DNA of 64,000 nucleotides from Lobosporangium transversale (Eukaryota). Location: positions 496,001 to 560,000 of the forward strand of contig NW_019028988.1 in NCBI RefSeq assembly GCF_002105155.1. The letters run 5' to 3'. Below the pieces are notes generated by a model that saw nothing but the letters and a program-made list of their open reading frames with translations, made no database searches and had not been told where the DNA came from. This document shows positions 37,258-48,705 of the stretch, piece after piece; the first letter of the stretch is position 1, and each line of letters opens with the position of its first letter. The position numbers and the translations under genes were made by a program.

Positions 37258-39768
37258 ATGTCTGCTCCGCCGTTGCTCCCTAAAGAATCCAGCCCCAGCT
37301 CCACTGACGGCGCAATCGTCAGGAATGACGGTATTAAAGCCACTCAAGCTCGATGTAGTGGGAAGGACAGGTATCGATCCGCTACGAACCTTATGAAGAC
37401 TAAATCAAGGAGTGAGGACGACAGTGGCGTCGACGACAACGGTGATGACGGTAGTGATGATGATAGTGATGATAACAGTGATACGAGGAGTTATACCGAG
37501 GAAGAGGAGATTTACAGGGAATTGGAGCGTGAGCATGCTAATAAACTGAGAGGATCGGTTGCCACGAAGTGGAGTGCAATAAAGTTATGGTGGAGCCGAG
37601 GACATCACCAAACAGCAAACTCTTGGCGATTATCAGTGGATACAGATGCTACCCAAAGGTCACTGGAAGAAGTGAATGGTTTGAGTGGTCAATCCTTGCC
37701 AGCCTCGGTAATATTGTGGATTATATCCTGGATAGGTCACGTCCTAATGGGGGTATTGGAGGCTATTGTAAGATGGTTCATGATGCCATTCTACTACGCC
37801 TTGACTATAATAGTAGACATATTCTTGACGCTTTTAATGACGGGAGGTTTTTTGGCCATGCAAGCCACTTCAATCTTCTTGTGTAGCATTAGGAAGTTAG
37901 TTTACACACTACTAGAAGGGCGAGCACAGCTTCTAGTTTTTTTTTGCATGATGATGTTTGTGGGACTTGCATTGCATATGACTTTATCGATGAATGGGCC
38001 TTCGGCAGCGTCCTCCACTGTATCCCTAAAGGATAACTTGGGCCTGTGGTGGCATCGTACCTCTTCTATAACCGAGCTACCTCGAGTCTCTAAGCTTTTC
38101 GATCACCTTAAGCTTCCTAATACACAATCATGGCTCGACCCGCGGGACACTTGGTATAGACGCCGTTCAAGCCGCACTCAAGCTTCAGAAGGCTCTATCC
38201 GGTCAGTCGGTGGGCTAGAGCCTTGGATCAAATGGATGGAGAATGCGATTCAAGACCTTGACCAGTCACAGCATGCTTTGCGTAAGGAGGTTACGTCCAA
38301 ATTCGATGCAGTTGAACGACGAGTCTTGATAGTAGAAGACCAAATGGCGGACAGCGATCAGAACTATGGATCATTAAAGGAGGACGTCGTAAGCGGGGAA
38401 TGGATCGAACGCATTATGTTGGAGACACTCAAACGGGAAATACCACAGTACCTTGCTTTAACACATGACCCTGCTACTGGCGAAATTCAAATCCCTGATG
38501 CATTCTGGGATCGTGCGCGGCAGGTATTTGTAGCACGCGAAGAGACAGAAGGACGGTCGAAAGAGTCGCCAACAGCTCAGCAGTGGATGGACTTTCTGAA
38601 TGAAAATGAGCGATTATTGCATCGGGCTATCGACGATCGTATCGTGGTATTGTCAAGGATGGAATTTCTAAACCTCATCAAGTCGGAAGTCGATGCCATT
38701 TGGTCAAGTATGGAAAAAAGAGTTGTCGAGCTAATGAAAAAGAATAACAAACTGAATACTGTATCTATTTTCGGATCATGGGTGGGCAGAGCATGGATGG
38801 GTACAAAGCATACCGGGGACGGGCAGTCATCGGGGCCTTCGCCAAAAGACCCTCCCAACAGGCTTGGTCCTGAAGAAAGACATGCTATTCATGAATTGAT
38901 CGATCAGGCTTTAGAAAAATACGCTGCAGATGTGATCGCAAAACCAGATTATGCACTCTTCAGTGCAGGAGGAGAAGTTATGCTCGAGATGACATCTGCA
39001 ACATACAAGGCACCTAAAAAGCCAACGTTGCTCGGTAATCTTGGACTCAAATACATCTTCTCGCCACCTCGCTCTTTTTCCTCATCTTTACTGAAACCAG
39101 CGAGCCCACTGGAGGTTATCCAGCCAGGAACGCATATCGGAAGGTGCTGGGCAATGAACGGAACAGAGGGACAGGTTGCAATCCGGCTTTCTAGGCGTAT
39201 TGTGGTAACGGAAATAACAATTGAGCATGTACATCCTCGTGTCGCGTATGAACGGGGAAGTGCTCCAAGAGGAATAGAGATCTGGAGGTTGGCTGCGCCC
39301 ATTGGTAAACAGCGACCGCAGTCTAAGCCGCTTGAGCAAGCAGGCGGATTAATGCATGAAAATGGAGGCGAAATTATGAACGAGGAGCTGGATAGAAGTT
39401 TAGAAAATGACTCAGTTGATGACGGCCATGACGACAACGGTGAAATTAACAGAAAGGGAGGCTTGTCACCTATACTTGGTGCATGGTGGAAAGAAGGATC
39501 ACCCTCTTCAGGAGCGACCTTACTGACCACCATTGAATACCAGATACCTACATCAATGCAAGAGGAATATCGCGATGATAAGACACATTCAAGTCAGAGG
39601 ATCAAGGCTATCCAGACATTTCCAATCCCGCTATCGAAACAGAACGTTCCTGCATTCGGTGTCGTTATACGCATCAAATCAAACTGGGGGAACCCGAGAT
39701 TTACATGCCTCTATAGGGTGCGTGTACATGGATATGAGGCATCTCATGGTGACAGTAGAAGCCAATAA
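37258..39768 (+). CDS. SUN-domain (Sad1/UNC-84) nuclear envelope / spindle pole body protein, intronless
   Basis: 836-aa ORF with TM segments, a coiled coil and SUN motifs KPDYALFSAGGEV, GRCWAMNGTEGQVAIRLS, ITIEHV, SAPRGIEIW and IKSNWGNPRFTCLYRVRVHG. Confidence 0.93.
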   Translation: MSAPPLLPKESSPSSTDGAIVRNDGIKATQARCSGKDRYRSATNLMKTKSRSEDDSGVDDNGDDGSDDDSDDNSDTRSYTEEEEIYRELEREHANKLRGSVATKWSAIKLWWSRGHHQTANSWRLSVDTDATQRSLEEVNGLSGQSLPASVILWIISWIGHVLMGVLEAIVRWFMMPFYYALTIIVDIFLTLLMTGGFLAMQATSIFLCSIRKLVYTLLEGRAQLLVFFCMMMFVGLALHMTLSMNGPSAASSTVSLKDNLGLWWHRTSSITELPRVSKLFDHLKLPNTQSWLDPRDTWYRRRSSRTQASEGSIRSVGGLEPWIKWMENAIQDLDQSQHALRKEVTSKFDAVERRVLIVEDQMADSDQNYGSLKEDVVSGEWIERIMLETLKREIPQYLALTHDPATGEIQIPDAFWDRARQVFVAREETEGRSKESPTAQQWMDFLNENERLLHRAIDDRIVVLSRMEFLNLIKSEVDAIWSSMEKRVVELMKKNNKLNTVSIFGSWVGRAWMGTKHTGDGQSSGPSPKDPPNRLGPEERHAIHELIDQALEKYAADVIAKPDYALFSAGGEVMLEMTSATYKAPKKPTLLGNLGLKYIFSPPRSFSSSLLKPASPLEVIQPGTHIGRCWAMNGTEGQVAIRLSRRIVVTEITIEHVHPRVAYERGSAPRGIEIWRLAAPIGKQRPQSKPLEQAGGLMHENGGEIMNEELDRSLENDSVDDGHDDNGEINRKGGLSPILGAWWKEGSPSSGATLLTTIEYQIPTSMQEEYRDDKTHSSQRIKAIQTFPIPLSKQNVPAFGVVIRIKSNWGNPRFTCLYRVRVHGYEASHGDSRSQ

Positions 39769-39913
39769 ATCAATAAAAGCAAGCATTAATATATGGTTAA
39801 TCACGTGTATCTCTCTCCAACTTGATTTTTCAGGTTCAAGACCGAAGAGGCGCGCCTTTTTTTTTTTTTTTTTTTTTCCTTCACTTTCTCCATTCATTTA
39901 ATTTACTAAAGCC

Positions 39914-41999
39914 ATGTCAACATCATTTAACCACAGGCTCTTGGAGCTGGAGGAAGCTTCTCGCCGATTGGCATCTGCAGATTTTTCAGCGCCGCGGTTT
40001 TATACATCGCTTTTGCTGGAGAACCAAGCAGTTCCTGTTAGAAACGCAAAGACGTATGAGCAAAGCTTATTTACTACCAATCCAATTGAAACTATGAGAA
40101 AGTAAAGTAAAGAAAAGAAGGCTTTTTGCAATAGCAATATATACATGTATCAGCCGTAGTTTGATCAATTTACTAACTAAGCTGATAATCATTCCCCCTT
40201 GCCTTTTTTTCTCTTTGACTTACGTATGTGTGGATCAGTTTAAGAACAAGGGAAAATATGGATGATTTCGAGTCAACAATGGAATTAGCTACTTCCTTGA
40301 ATGAGATATGGTAATAATTAAAAAAGTGCCATTCTTATTTTTTATATTTTTTATTTTTATTTTTTATTTTTTTTTTCTTGAATGTTACGAGAAATAAACT
40401 CACTTTTTTTTTTTTTTGGATAGCCAGAATGAATACGTGTATGAACAATTGGAAGAGATAAGCAATGCACACGTAGACGTTCTATCCTCTATTGCCAGAC
40501 TCTCTTCTAGACTTGCAGAGGTATGAAGATAGGAGAAAAGAAAGAAAAGGGAGAGAATAGAAGTAGGCCTTTTTTTTTTTTTTTTTAAACAAAATCCTTG
40601 TCTCAATAACACTAGCTACAAGGATCAAATTCGGCAAATGATACACAGCAGTCAGGACCAGGATGGCAGGAAGGTGATGAAATCATGGCCGATGTAGAGC
40701 GCGAAGAAGGAGAGATCTTTGCATTGGAGCAAATGTTAAGCGAGAAACGGCAGCTGGTAATAATATAAAAAGAAGAAAAAAAGAAAAAAAAAAATTGACA
40801 GTTGCTTTATTTTATTTTTAACAGTTATTTTGTCTAAAAACCATTGATTTGTATCGCATAGCTTAATCAAATGCAACAGGAACTGGATGGATTTGCGAGT
40901 CTTTCAGAAATGGAGCTGATGCAATATGATAGCGCTACACAGGAGGAAGATCCAGAAACGAATACAGAAATTGCGGCAAGCAAGCTTGAGGTAGCAACAA
41001 CCAATGCCTATTTAGACATATATCATCTTACTGGCAAAAGAACAAACCACGCCTATGGCTTACTTTTTCTAATGCAATGACTAACCCTTAAAAAAAAAAA
41101 AAAGATTGAAAAACTAAACCATAGAATTCAAGAACAAAGGTGGCAAGAAAAGGAATTGGGTAAATCGACACTTTACACTTTGTTGGCTGCAAAATTTGTA
41201 CTTTTTGGCCTCTATCAAGTTGTATTCTAATTGTCAATATTTCTATTTCCGATTTTGGCAAGTCGACATGTATGAGAACCTAGTTTGCGAAAGTAATGAG
41301 CTACTTACGGCGCAACAAGACGCAGAAGCACTAGCTAAAGAGGACTCGAGCCCACAGTTTGAAGAGCTAATGCGGCTATATGAAAAGGTCACGATACAGG
41401 TATCTTATTTTTTAACTGCTTGCAATGTCTTGAGGATTTACTGGGAAAAACAAGGCTTCTTAGAGTAGAATGGTTGATGCTTCTTTTACACGTCCATTTG
41501 TTAGGAGGGTGACACTTTAATACTACCAAAAGGAGTCCAGGAAGCATACTTGAAACTAGAACGACTCTTGGATGGTCTAGAGAGATGTCAACGGCACATT
41601 GTGATGTTAGACGTACTAGAGTAAGCTTACTTCCCCTAATCAAGTTCACATCTATACACCTATCTCTCTACTCGCGATGGAATATGCAAGTTCATTTCGT
41701 TTTCCTTGTTTCCTAGGCAAATTAGCAGATCGTTAGTTGAAAGCTGCGCTGATCCTAAAGCCCCAGAATTTGATCCGCCACGAACGGACAGAGTCTTCCT
41801 GATTGCCCGTACACTCCAAGTGCTGATGGAAGTCGGTGGGACTGTAGCAATTCAAGATCTTAAAGATCTTATTGGTAGGGAAGCTACTGAGCGAGGTGGT
41901 ACGACTCAGCTCGGTATTCAAGCCGTCTACGATCTTGTTGCCTCGCATCTCATACAAATTGATCGTAGTAAGACCCCTAACATGGTTTCATTTACATAA
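39914..41999 (+). CDS. SPC34: DASH/Dam1 complex subunit Spc34-like protein with C-terminal extension, about 8 exons
   Basis: N-terminus DFSAPRFYTSLLL...VRNAKTYEQSLF resembles Spc34 F..PKIFTNALL...IRDTEAHERALF. Spliced middle exons DDFESTMELATSLNEIC...EEISNAHVDVLSSIARLSSRL and DVEREEGEIFALEQ follow the Spc34 helix pattern. Confidence 0.7.
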
Positions 42000-42002
42000 A
42001 GG

Positions 42003-42033
<31 letters not shown>

Positions 42034-42147
42034 ATTCACGTAATATGTAACATAAAACGGCATTGTTATAAAACCAACATGAACAGCTTGAATTTAATGA
42101 AAACAATATAAATACGAAAGGATATTATAGAGTTTGATTTTAATTCT

Positions 42148-44837
42148 TTACTGGAATTGGCATAATGTAGAAATGACCTCTCCACTCTGGAACTCTGCTT
42201 CGGCCTTTAATTCCGTGCGTCCAAAGTACAGCTTTAAGGTGAATATTACAGGCGTACCAGGTGCAGCACCAGGCATATGTGGCAAAGGAATAGTGAAGTC
42301 ACAGAGCTTTTGCACACCGGGCGAATCCACAAACTCGGGCTGATTCTCTCCATTGTAGACATAGAGTGGTGATGATAGTGGTTCTGGGTATTTGTGCGTG
42401 ATATATTTTTTGCTAATACATTCATCCACAGCAATCGACTGTCCAGGACGAACAAAGACCGAGAATCCATCCCGAACACGATACTTGCCATCTTGCATAT
42501 ACTTCTTTTCCACAGGATCTCCAGCCTTGTAAGGACGTGTCGTGTCCACTCCATACCAACGACGTGCCACACGAGCCTGAACGGGTTGATGTGTCAATCC
42601 GTGGTACACTGCTCCACGTACAACGGCTAAATCTGGACGAGGAGGGTAACGAATCAAGGGCACTCGGTTCTCAAACTCTTGTTGAACACGCTTGTGAAGA
42701 TAAGGGGATGAACCGAATCCTCCGACCAAGAAGATGGCTGAACATTGTTGTGACTGGAACAGCTGTCCATCGATCAACCCCAAGACTTGGTTCACAACCG
42801 GATCAAACACGAGCTCACGCATCTCCTGCGCAGAAATCGCCAACAGTCCATCCTCGAGACGCATGTCCAGGTCTACTACATTGGCAACCGTGGCTGGCAT
42901 GGTAATGAACGAATCCTCATCTCCATCAAACTGGGGCTTGTGCATAAATACAAATTCTTCCATGATTTGAGCCCATGCCTTTGGTTGAAGGTCATACCGC
43001 TGAAGCTTCTGACGAACTAACATCGAGAAGTTCTCGTCCAAGAAACCCGATCCACAGCTAGCTCCTGATCCACGGGTCACCTCTGTTAATGTACGTGTCC
43101 CACTGCTGTAATCAACCTGGAAGACAATTAAATCAACAGTTCCACCTATTTTGTTATGTTTACCAAAAAAAAAAAAAAAAAAAAAACGTCAATATCATGT
43201 CAGATATGGAAATTGTTAATTAATTTAAAAAAAAAAAAAGACGCTAACTAAATAATTAAAATGTTTCTTCGCTGCAATCCTATGAATGCGTAACAATAAC
43301 ACGTCGTTCTTTGCGAATTGATGAAGAAAAAAAAAAAAAAAAAAGAAGTTATCTACTTTACCTCCTGCATCGCAAATCATAAAGCGATCACCATGACGCA
43401 AGTTGAATTGCTCACATTTCCTTTCACAATACATGGCCGCAGCCTCGGGTTCCGAAACCAGGAGAAGACGATGAGAAGGGTCTTGAGGTTGAATCAAACC
43501 AGCCTGGATGGCTGTCTGTCTCATCACACCCTTTGCTGCATCTGTCCACATAGCAGGCACGGTCAAACAATATTGAATATGAGATTGATCAAAGACAACG
43601 CCTCCAGCACTGTTCTTTGTGATCTCATTGATAGCATGCGTATGCATAGCACGTAAATAGTCGCTGATAGCTTGTTGAGGTGTGATAGTTCTAGGTAAAG
43701 GCGGCAAGTAAGGCGCTAAATCATTGTCGAGGAACAACTTAAACTTTTGAAGGAGATCTAGGTTACGACCATTGGGCGTCAACATCGCTGCCTTGGCTGC
43801 ATATCCCCACGAATGCATCTTGTCATTCTCTTTGCTATATGCGCTCACAGTTGGCACTTTTCCGTAGAGATTTGCTTGATGAGGCCTATTAGATTAGTGA
43901 TAATGATTTGAATATTAATTGATTATCTAATCAGGAATGTCTAGGGCGGGCAGGCTCTTTGTCAGAAACCAGCTGTTCGACATAAAGCTTATCTTTACCA
44001 AGTAGTCATCTCCAGTACATCGCCGTTGCTTTTGAACGCATACGCAACTCCAGAGAACGTTGTTCCTAGAGGTGAAGCAAAAAAAATAAATAAAATAAAA
44101 TAAATAAAATTTTTATCCTAGTCGACATGTTTCTGGTCAAAAAAACACATCTCTCACTATTACGGGCAATTTGTGCCTTAAACATAAAAAAAGTATGTGG
44201 TGTGGAATTGACTTTTTTCTTTTTTTTTTTTTTTTTTTTTTTTTTGGAGATTTAAGTGTGTGTGTGGAAAGAGACTCTTACCGAAATCGATGGCCACAAG
44301 AAGAGGATACTCGCTGCCGGGAGTAGCATTAGGCCTTGGTTGGGCTTGCTGTTGTTGCTGAGCTGTAACAGGTGGTGCAAGTTGTCCTTGATTAGCGTAT
44401 CCTCCATATTGCTGTTGCTGTTGTCCTTGAATTGGAGAAGCAGTGGCAGCACCACCAGAATTTCCGTTGTAGGACAATGGCTGAATTGAAACAGTAGCAG
44501 GGACAACAGGAGGATGCTGTTGTTGTTGCTGCTGATATCCTTGTTGTTGTTGCTGATGTTCAGGATATCCTCCATATCCATGTTGCTGTGCACCATAGGG
44601 ATTGTAGCTGCCTTGTTGTTGACCACCATAGCCATCCACTTGACCGGGTTGCCCATAATAAGGTTGCTGTTGCTGCTGGGGTTGACCTTGATAGTATTGA
44701 TGCTGTTGTTGTTGCTGAGGGTATCCACCATATCCTGGGTTAGGCTGTTGTTGCTGTTGCCCTCCATTCTGCTTCTGCATTGCAGCTTGGTACAGCCGTT
44801 GCTGCTGAGCAATGTGAGCAGGAACCTGGTCAGACAT
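42148..44837 (-). CDS. HSPA12-type atypical Hsp70 (actin-like ATPase) with Gln/Gly/Tyr-rich N-terminus; exons 44837-44282, 44065-43999, 43885-43362, 43145-42148
   Basis: VAIDFG|TTFSGVAYA, YCLTVPAMWTDAAKGVMRQTAIQAGLI, SEPEAAAMYC, FMICDAGG|GTVDLI, FLVGGFGSSPYL and AVVRGAV. Confidence 0.92.
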
Positions 44838-45474
44838 TCGTTGCGTTTTTTTTTTTTTTTTTTTTTTTTTGTAGTTGATGTCTATTATAATGAGATTCGA
44901 AAGAGAAATGAACGAATTGGGGATTGAGAGTGAAGAAAGAAGAAATAAGAAAAGATGTAATTATTTTTAAATCCACTCCGTGTTAATGTTAATGGTATCA
45001 ACGTGCAAATGCGTATGAAAGTAGGCTGTTTTGTTTGCCTTGATTACGGCGATACCCATCAATGAATATGCTCACTCGTCCTTCTTTTCTCGCTGTTTCC
45101 TGTTGCTCTTCACCATGGATTAGCGTCGCCACATCTCACACAATCTGGCTGTGTGGATGGGTTTTTTTCAGCATTGGACCATTGACACAAATGAGGTCAT
45201 ATTCTTTTGTGAAAAGTAATGACAACTTGAACCAAAGCGCCGGATCACTTGTTAAGAATGGAGATCTCCTTTTCTTCTCTTTTCTTTTCTTTCTCACGCT
45301 CTTTTATCCTTTCCATCATATATCATCATCCATCACTCGGATTCGCCTATTCATTCACTACTGCTCCACTCTCTTTCCCTCCATCTCTCTTTCTCACTCT
45401 TACTCTCGTAAAAAACAGAAATCAACTGGAAACATCAATCAATACCAAACTCATTATCTTGACTTCACTTCACC

Positions 45475-45956
45475 ATGTCCTTCCGTCTGCCAAGATTTGC
45501 AATGCTGACACTCTTTCATAACCCAGCCAGCGATGTTAGTGTCCAAGCATTGAAGCTATTACGCCAAGCATCGGTCAACAACGATTTTACTATTGATGTC
45601 GTCGATTCAAAAGCTACTCCGCCCACACACCAACAAGTTACCAACATCGTTGAATACCTCGGCAATGGCTCAATCCCCAAAGGCTGCAAGGACATCCTCA
45701 CTCCTGAGGCTCCCAAAGCCTCTACAGTGGCCGAGGTTCAACAAATCCTGGATGCAAACCCAGGATATATGATGAGACCCTTAGTCGTTGATTGGAATAA
45801 AGGCAAAGCCATCGTTGCTGTGGTAAGAAATCACTTTTTTTTCCTTCTCTTCTTGCATCATCTTTACATTGAACAACCTTTTCATTAACACTATTCTTTG
45901 AATAGCCTCCTTCCAGAGTCAAAGAAATGGTCAAGGACGTTGGTGAATCCAAGTAA
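45475..45956 (+). CDS. FMP46: Fmp46/DUF1687 thioredoxin-like (ArsC-like) putative mitochondrial redox protein, 2 exons
   Basis: LTLFHNPASDVSVQALKLLR, PPTHQQVTNIVEYL and RPLVVDWNKGKA; a short second exon at 45906-45956 ends in TAA. Confidence 0.8.
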
Positions 45957-46209
45957 GGTCATCTTTTTTTTTATCCTCGAGAAATACAACAAGGCTTCTT
46001 TTTTTTTTTGTATGATAATGAATAAAAACAGCTTTATATTTTAATATGCAAAAATAATTATAAAGAGTACAAAGAAATTATGAACAAAGGCTGTGGTTAA
46101 AACTTTTTGGATGATGGTATATATAAAAGGGAGAAAGAACAAAAAATAACTAGAATGCTACTTTTTCATGAGTGGAAGGATTTTGAGCTCGAGTCTTTTT
46201 TTTTTATTT

Positions 46210-47608
46210 TTATACAGCGTCAAAGACAGCGGCAAAACTGAAGCCATATTCAGAGGTCATGTGCACAATCTTCCATTGACCTGGTGTCAAGACCTTGGTC
46301 ATTTCAAAAAGACCAGGCTGAACCTGTGGCAATCTCTCTGGCATACCCCCTTCAGGGCCTTGCAAGGCCAATGCTGGAGTAATGCCTTTCTCCACATCAA
46401 ACACACGGACACGGATCGTTTGAGGAACACCCTTGTTGACTTGTGCAGTCATAGGCTCCAGCACCGAGAAAGAAAAACCCTTGACAACATACTGCTGCAA
46501 CAATGGCTTTGCTGCACGTCCAGACCCCTCGTTGACGACCTTGTACAACAAGCATTGTGGTCCATTCTTGGTTTGATCACCACCTGGTGGCCATCCAAAG
46601 ACGCTGAGCTCTCCTGATCCTGAGCTGGGGCACCAACATTTGATCAACATGTACACATACTTGGCATCCTCACGTGCCCATTGTACAGATGTTGGAATCG
46701 ACTGGCCCTTCCAGTTCAAGCGTGCAACAATCTTGCCAGTGGCTCCATCCTGAGGGCGCTTCTTCAAACGAACTTCGACTTCAATAGCATCATCCTTGGT
46801 TTTGATCACTTGACCCCGGTGATTGCCAGAGAGCTTGATGCCCAACTGCCAAGACTCGGGTTTGATGCATGGAAGACCACGGAAGACATTCTCATCAATT
46901 GGTGGGTCCAAAAATTGCTCCTTGGGGTCCTCAGGCCAGTGAGTATAGATGAGTTTGTTGGGACGAAGCAAGAAGAAGAATGGGCGGAAAAGTTTGCGGA
47001 AGGATCTTGTGCTAAGGTCACAGACACCAGCACCCCAGGTGGAGTCGATCAGCAGGTGCTCGCCATTAATCGTCACACCATTCCAGGCATGGGGAGAACC
47101 AAGACGGTTGTCTCCGACTTGGGTGTCAATGCCGCGAGCAACTCCAATGATCTTCTTAACCTTGAGACCAGCAGGCTCAGCGAGGGCAATGTATAGATTG
47201 GAATAACCCTCGCAGACGGCCTTGCGATTGCGAAGGACAGCTTCGGGAGCTTGATCACCATACCGACCGGACATGAAGGCAGGAACATCATAAGCGATGT
47301 TGTTGGCCAGCCAGGTGAAAATGGTTCGAAGCTGAGAGATCTGATTACCCTTGAAGGGGGAAGTCAAGTAGTGTGATAGACGTGGAATGGAAGTCATCTC
47401 AGAGCTAGGGCATGCACGTGCATGTCCATCCTCGCGTGAAAAATCGATAGCACTAACGTCCAATCTCTGGCCATTAAAGTCGGGCGCAACACAAGGGCGA
47501 CTCCTCCTGTCAAGACCGAAAAAAAAAAAAAAAAAAAAAAAGTTATGATTAGTAAAAAAAAAATTAATCTGGAGAAATAAGATCTAGAACATTGAAGAAT
47601 AGTGTTTT

Positions 47609-47649
<41 letters not shown>

Positions 47650-48260
47650 TACTTGAGACAAGCAATTGAGTCTTCTGGACCATCGTGCGAATGTGACACA
47701 CTGTTGTGCCGAACGACCTTTCCATCCTGAGTTGTGGTGGATGATGAATGGTGCTCCACGTGCTGTGTAGGACGGCTCAGAGCAGCATGACGCATCTTTT
47801 CTGCCAAGTTGTCGATTGGACCATCATCTTCCGATTGGCGGATAATGGTCGTATGGTGTGGCTGTTGCTGTTGTGGTTGTTGTTGTTGAGTTGGGTATTG
47901 TTGCTGAGTTGGGTATTGTTGTTGAGGGACATTGTTATTCTTCTTGGGCAAGACATGCTTCTTAAGGTTGGTAAAGAATCCACTGCTCTTACGCTTTACC
48001 TCTTGCTGCTCTGGTTGTGGCTGTGGTTGTGGTTGTGATTGTGATTGTTGAACAGGCTGACGGCCTTGGGGTTGAGGTTGACCCAACTGAGTAGGGAGTC
48101 GCTGATTGTCGGCAGGCTGCTGACCAGCAGGGACCTTGGTCGTTGTAGTGGTGATAATACGAGTGGGCTGGCCTGGCGCCGTAATCGTCTTGACAGTGGT
48201 GGTGACCCCATTAACAGTCGTGGTCTTTGTGGTGGTCTTTGTTCCAGGGAATTGAACCAT
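46210..48260 (-). CDS. Transglutaminase-like / kyphoscoliosis peptidase (KY)-like protein; exons 48260-47653, 47506-46210
   Basis: LRTIFTWLANNIAYD, AVCEGYSNLY, HAWNGVTING, LIDSTWGAG and FFLLRPNKLIYTHWP; Thr/Gln-rich N-terminal exon. Confidence 0.88.
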
Positions 48261-48671
48261 GATGGATAAAAGATATTACGATGTCTGGGATATCTGGTAT
48301 ATATTAAAAAAAATTAAAAGCTGGTATAGGATATAGGTGGCAATTAAGATGAGGATTGTTGAACGATATGGAATAATAGTAAGATTGGATTATATTTCAA
48401 GTAGTGAGTATTTTCTTTCTTTTTTCCTTTTATGATTCACGTATCAATACAGAAAACGTTTGAAGATAAAGATGATATGAAAGATAAAAGATAAAAATGT
48501 AGGATCGTGGTAACGTTTATAATTTGGAGTAACAATGTAGGAAAGGAAGGTAGGTCTTTGAGGAATGACAGCAAACGATAGAAGGGTATGTGGATGTGGA
48601 AAGGGTATTGAGGGAAAAGAGAACGAAGAAGATGATGGCCGGTGAGAAAGTGGGGTTGGACAACCAATCTC

Positions 48672-48705
48672 TTTTATAGTCGAATGGTGGAATGGTGGAA
48701 TGGTA
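48672..48705 (-). promoter_or_regulatory. Candidate core promoter: TATAAAA preceded by three tandem CCATTC (TEA/ATTS-like) motifs
   Basis: Minus strand reads CCATTCCA-CCATTCCA-CCATTCG-AC-TATAAAA, about 410 bp upstream of the KY-like ATG and followed by a CT-rich leader. Confidence 0.4.

Noticed and set aside
23128..41999. Mating or cell-fusion cluster (DMP-like, SUN, Spc34)
   Set aside because: The genes are separated by unrelated genes, and no HMG sex gene or its usual flanking genes are present.
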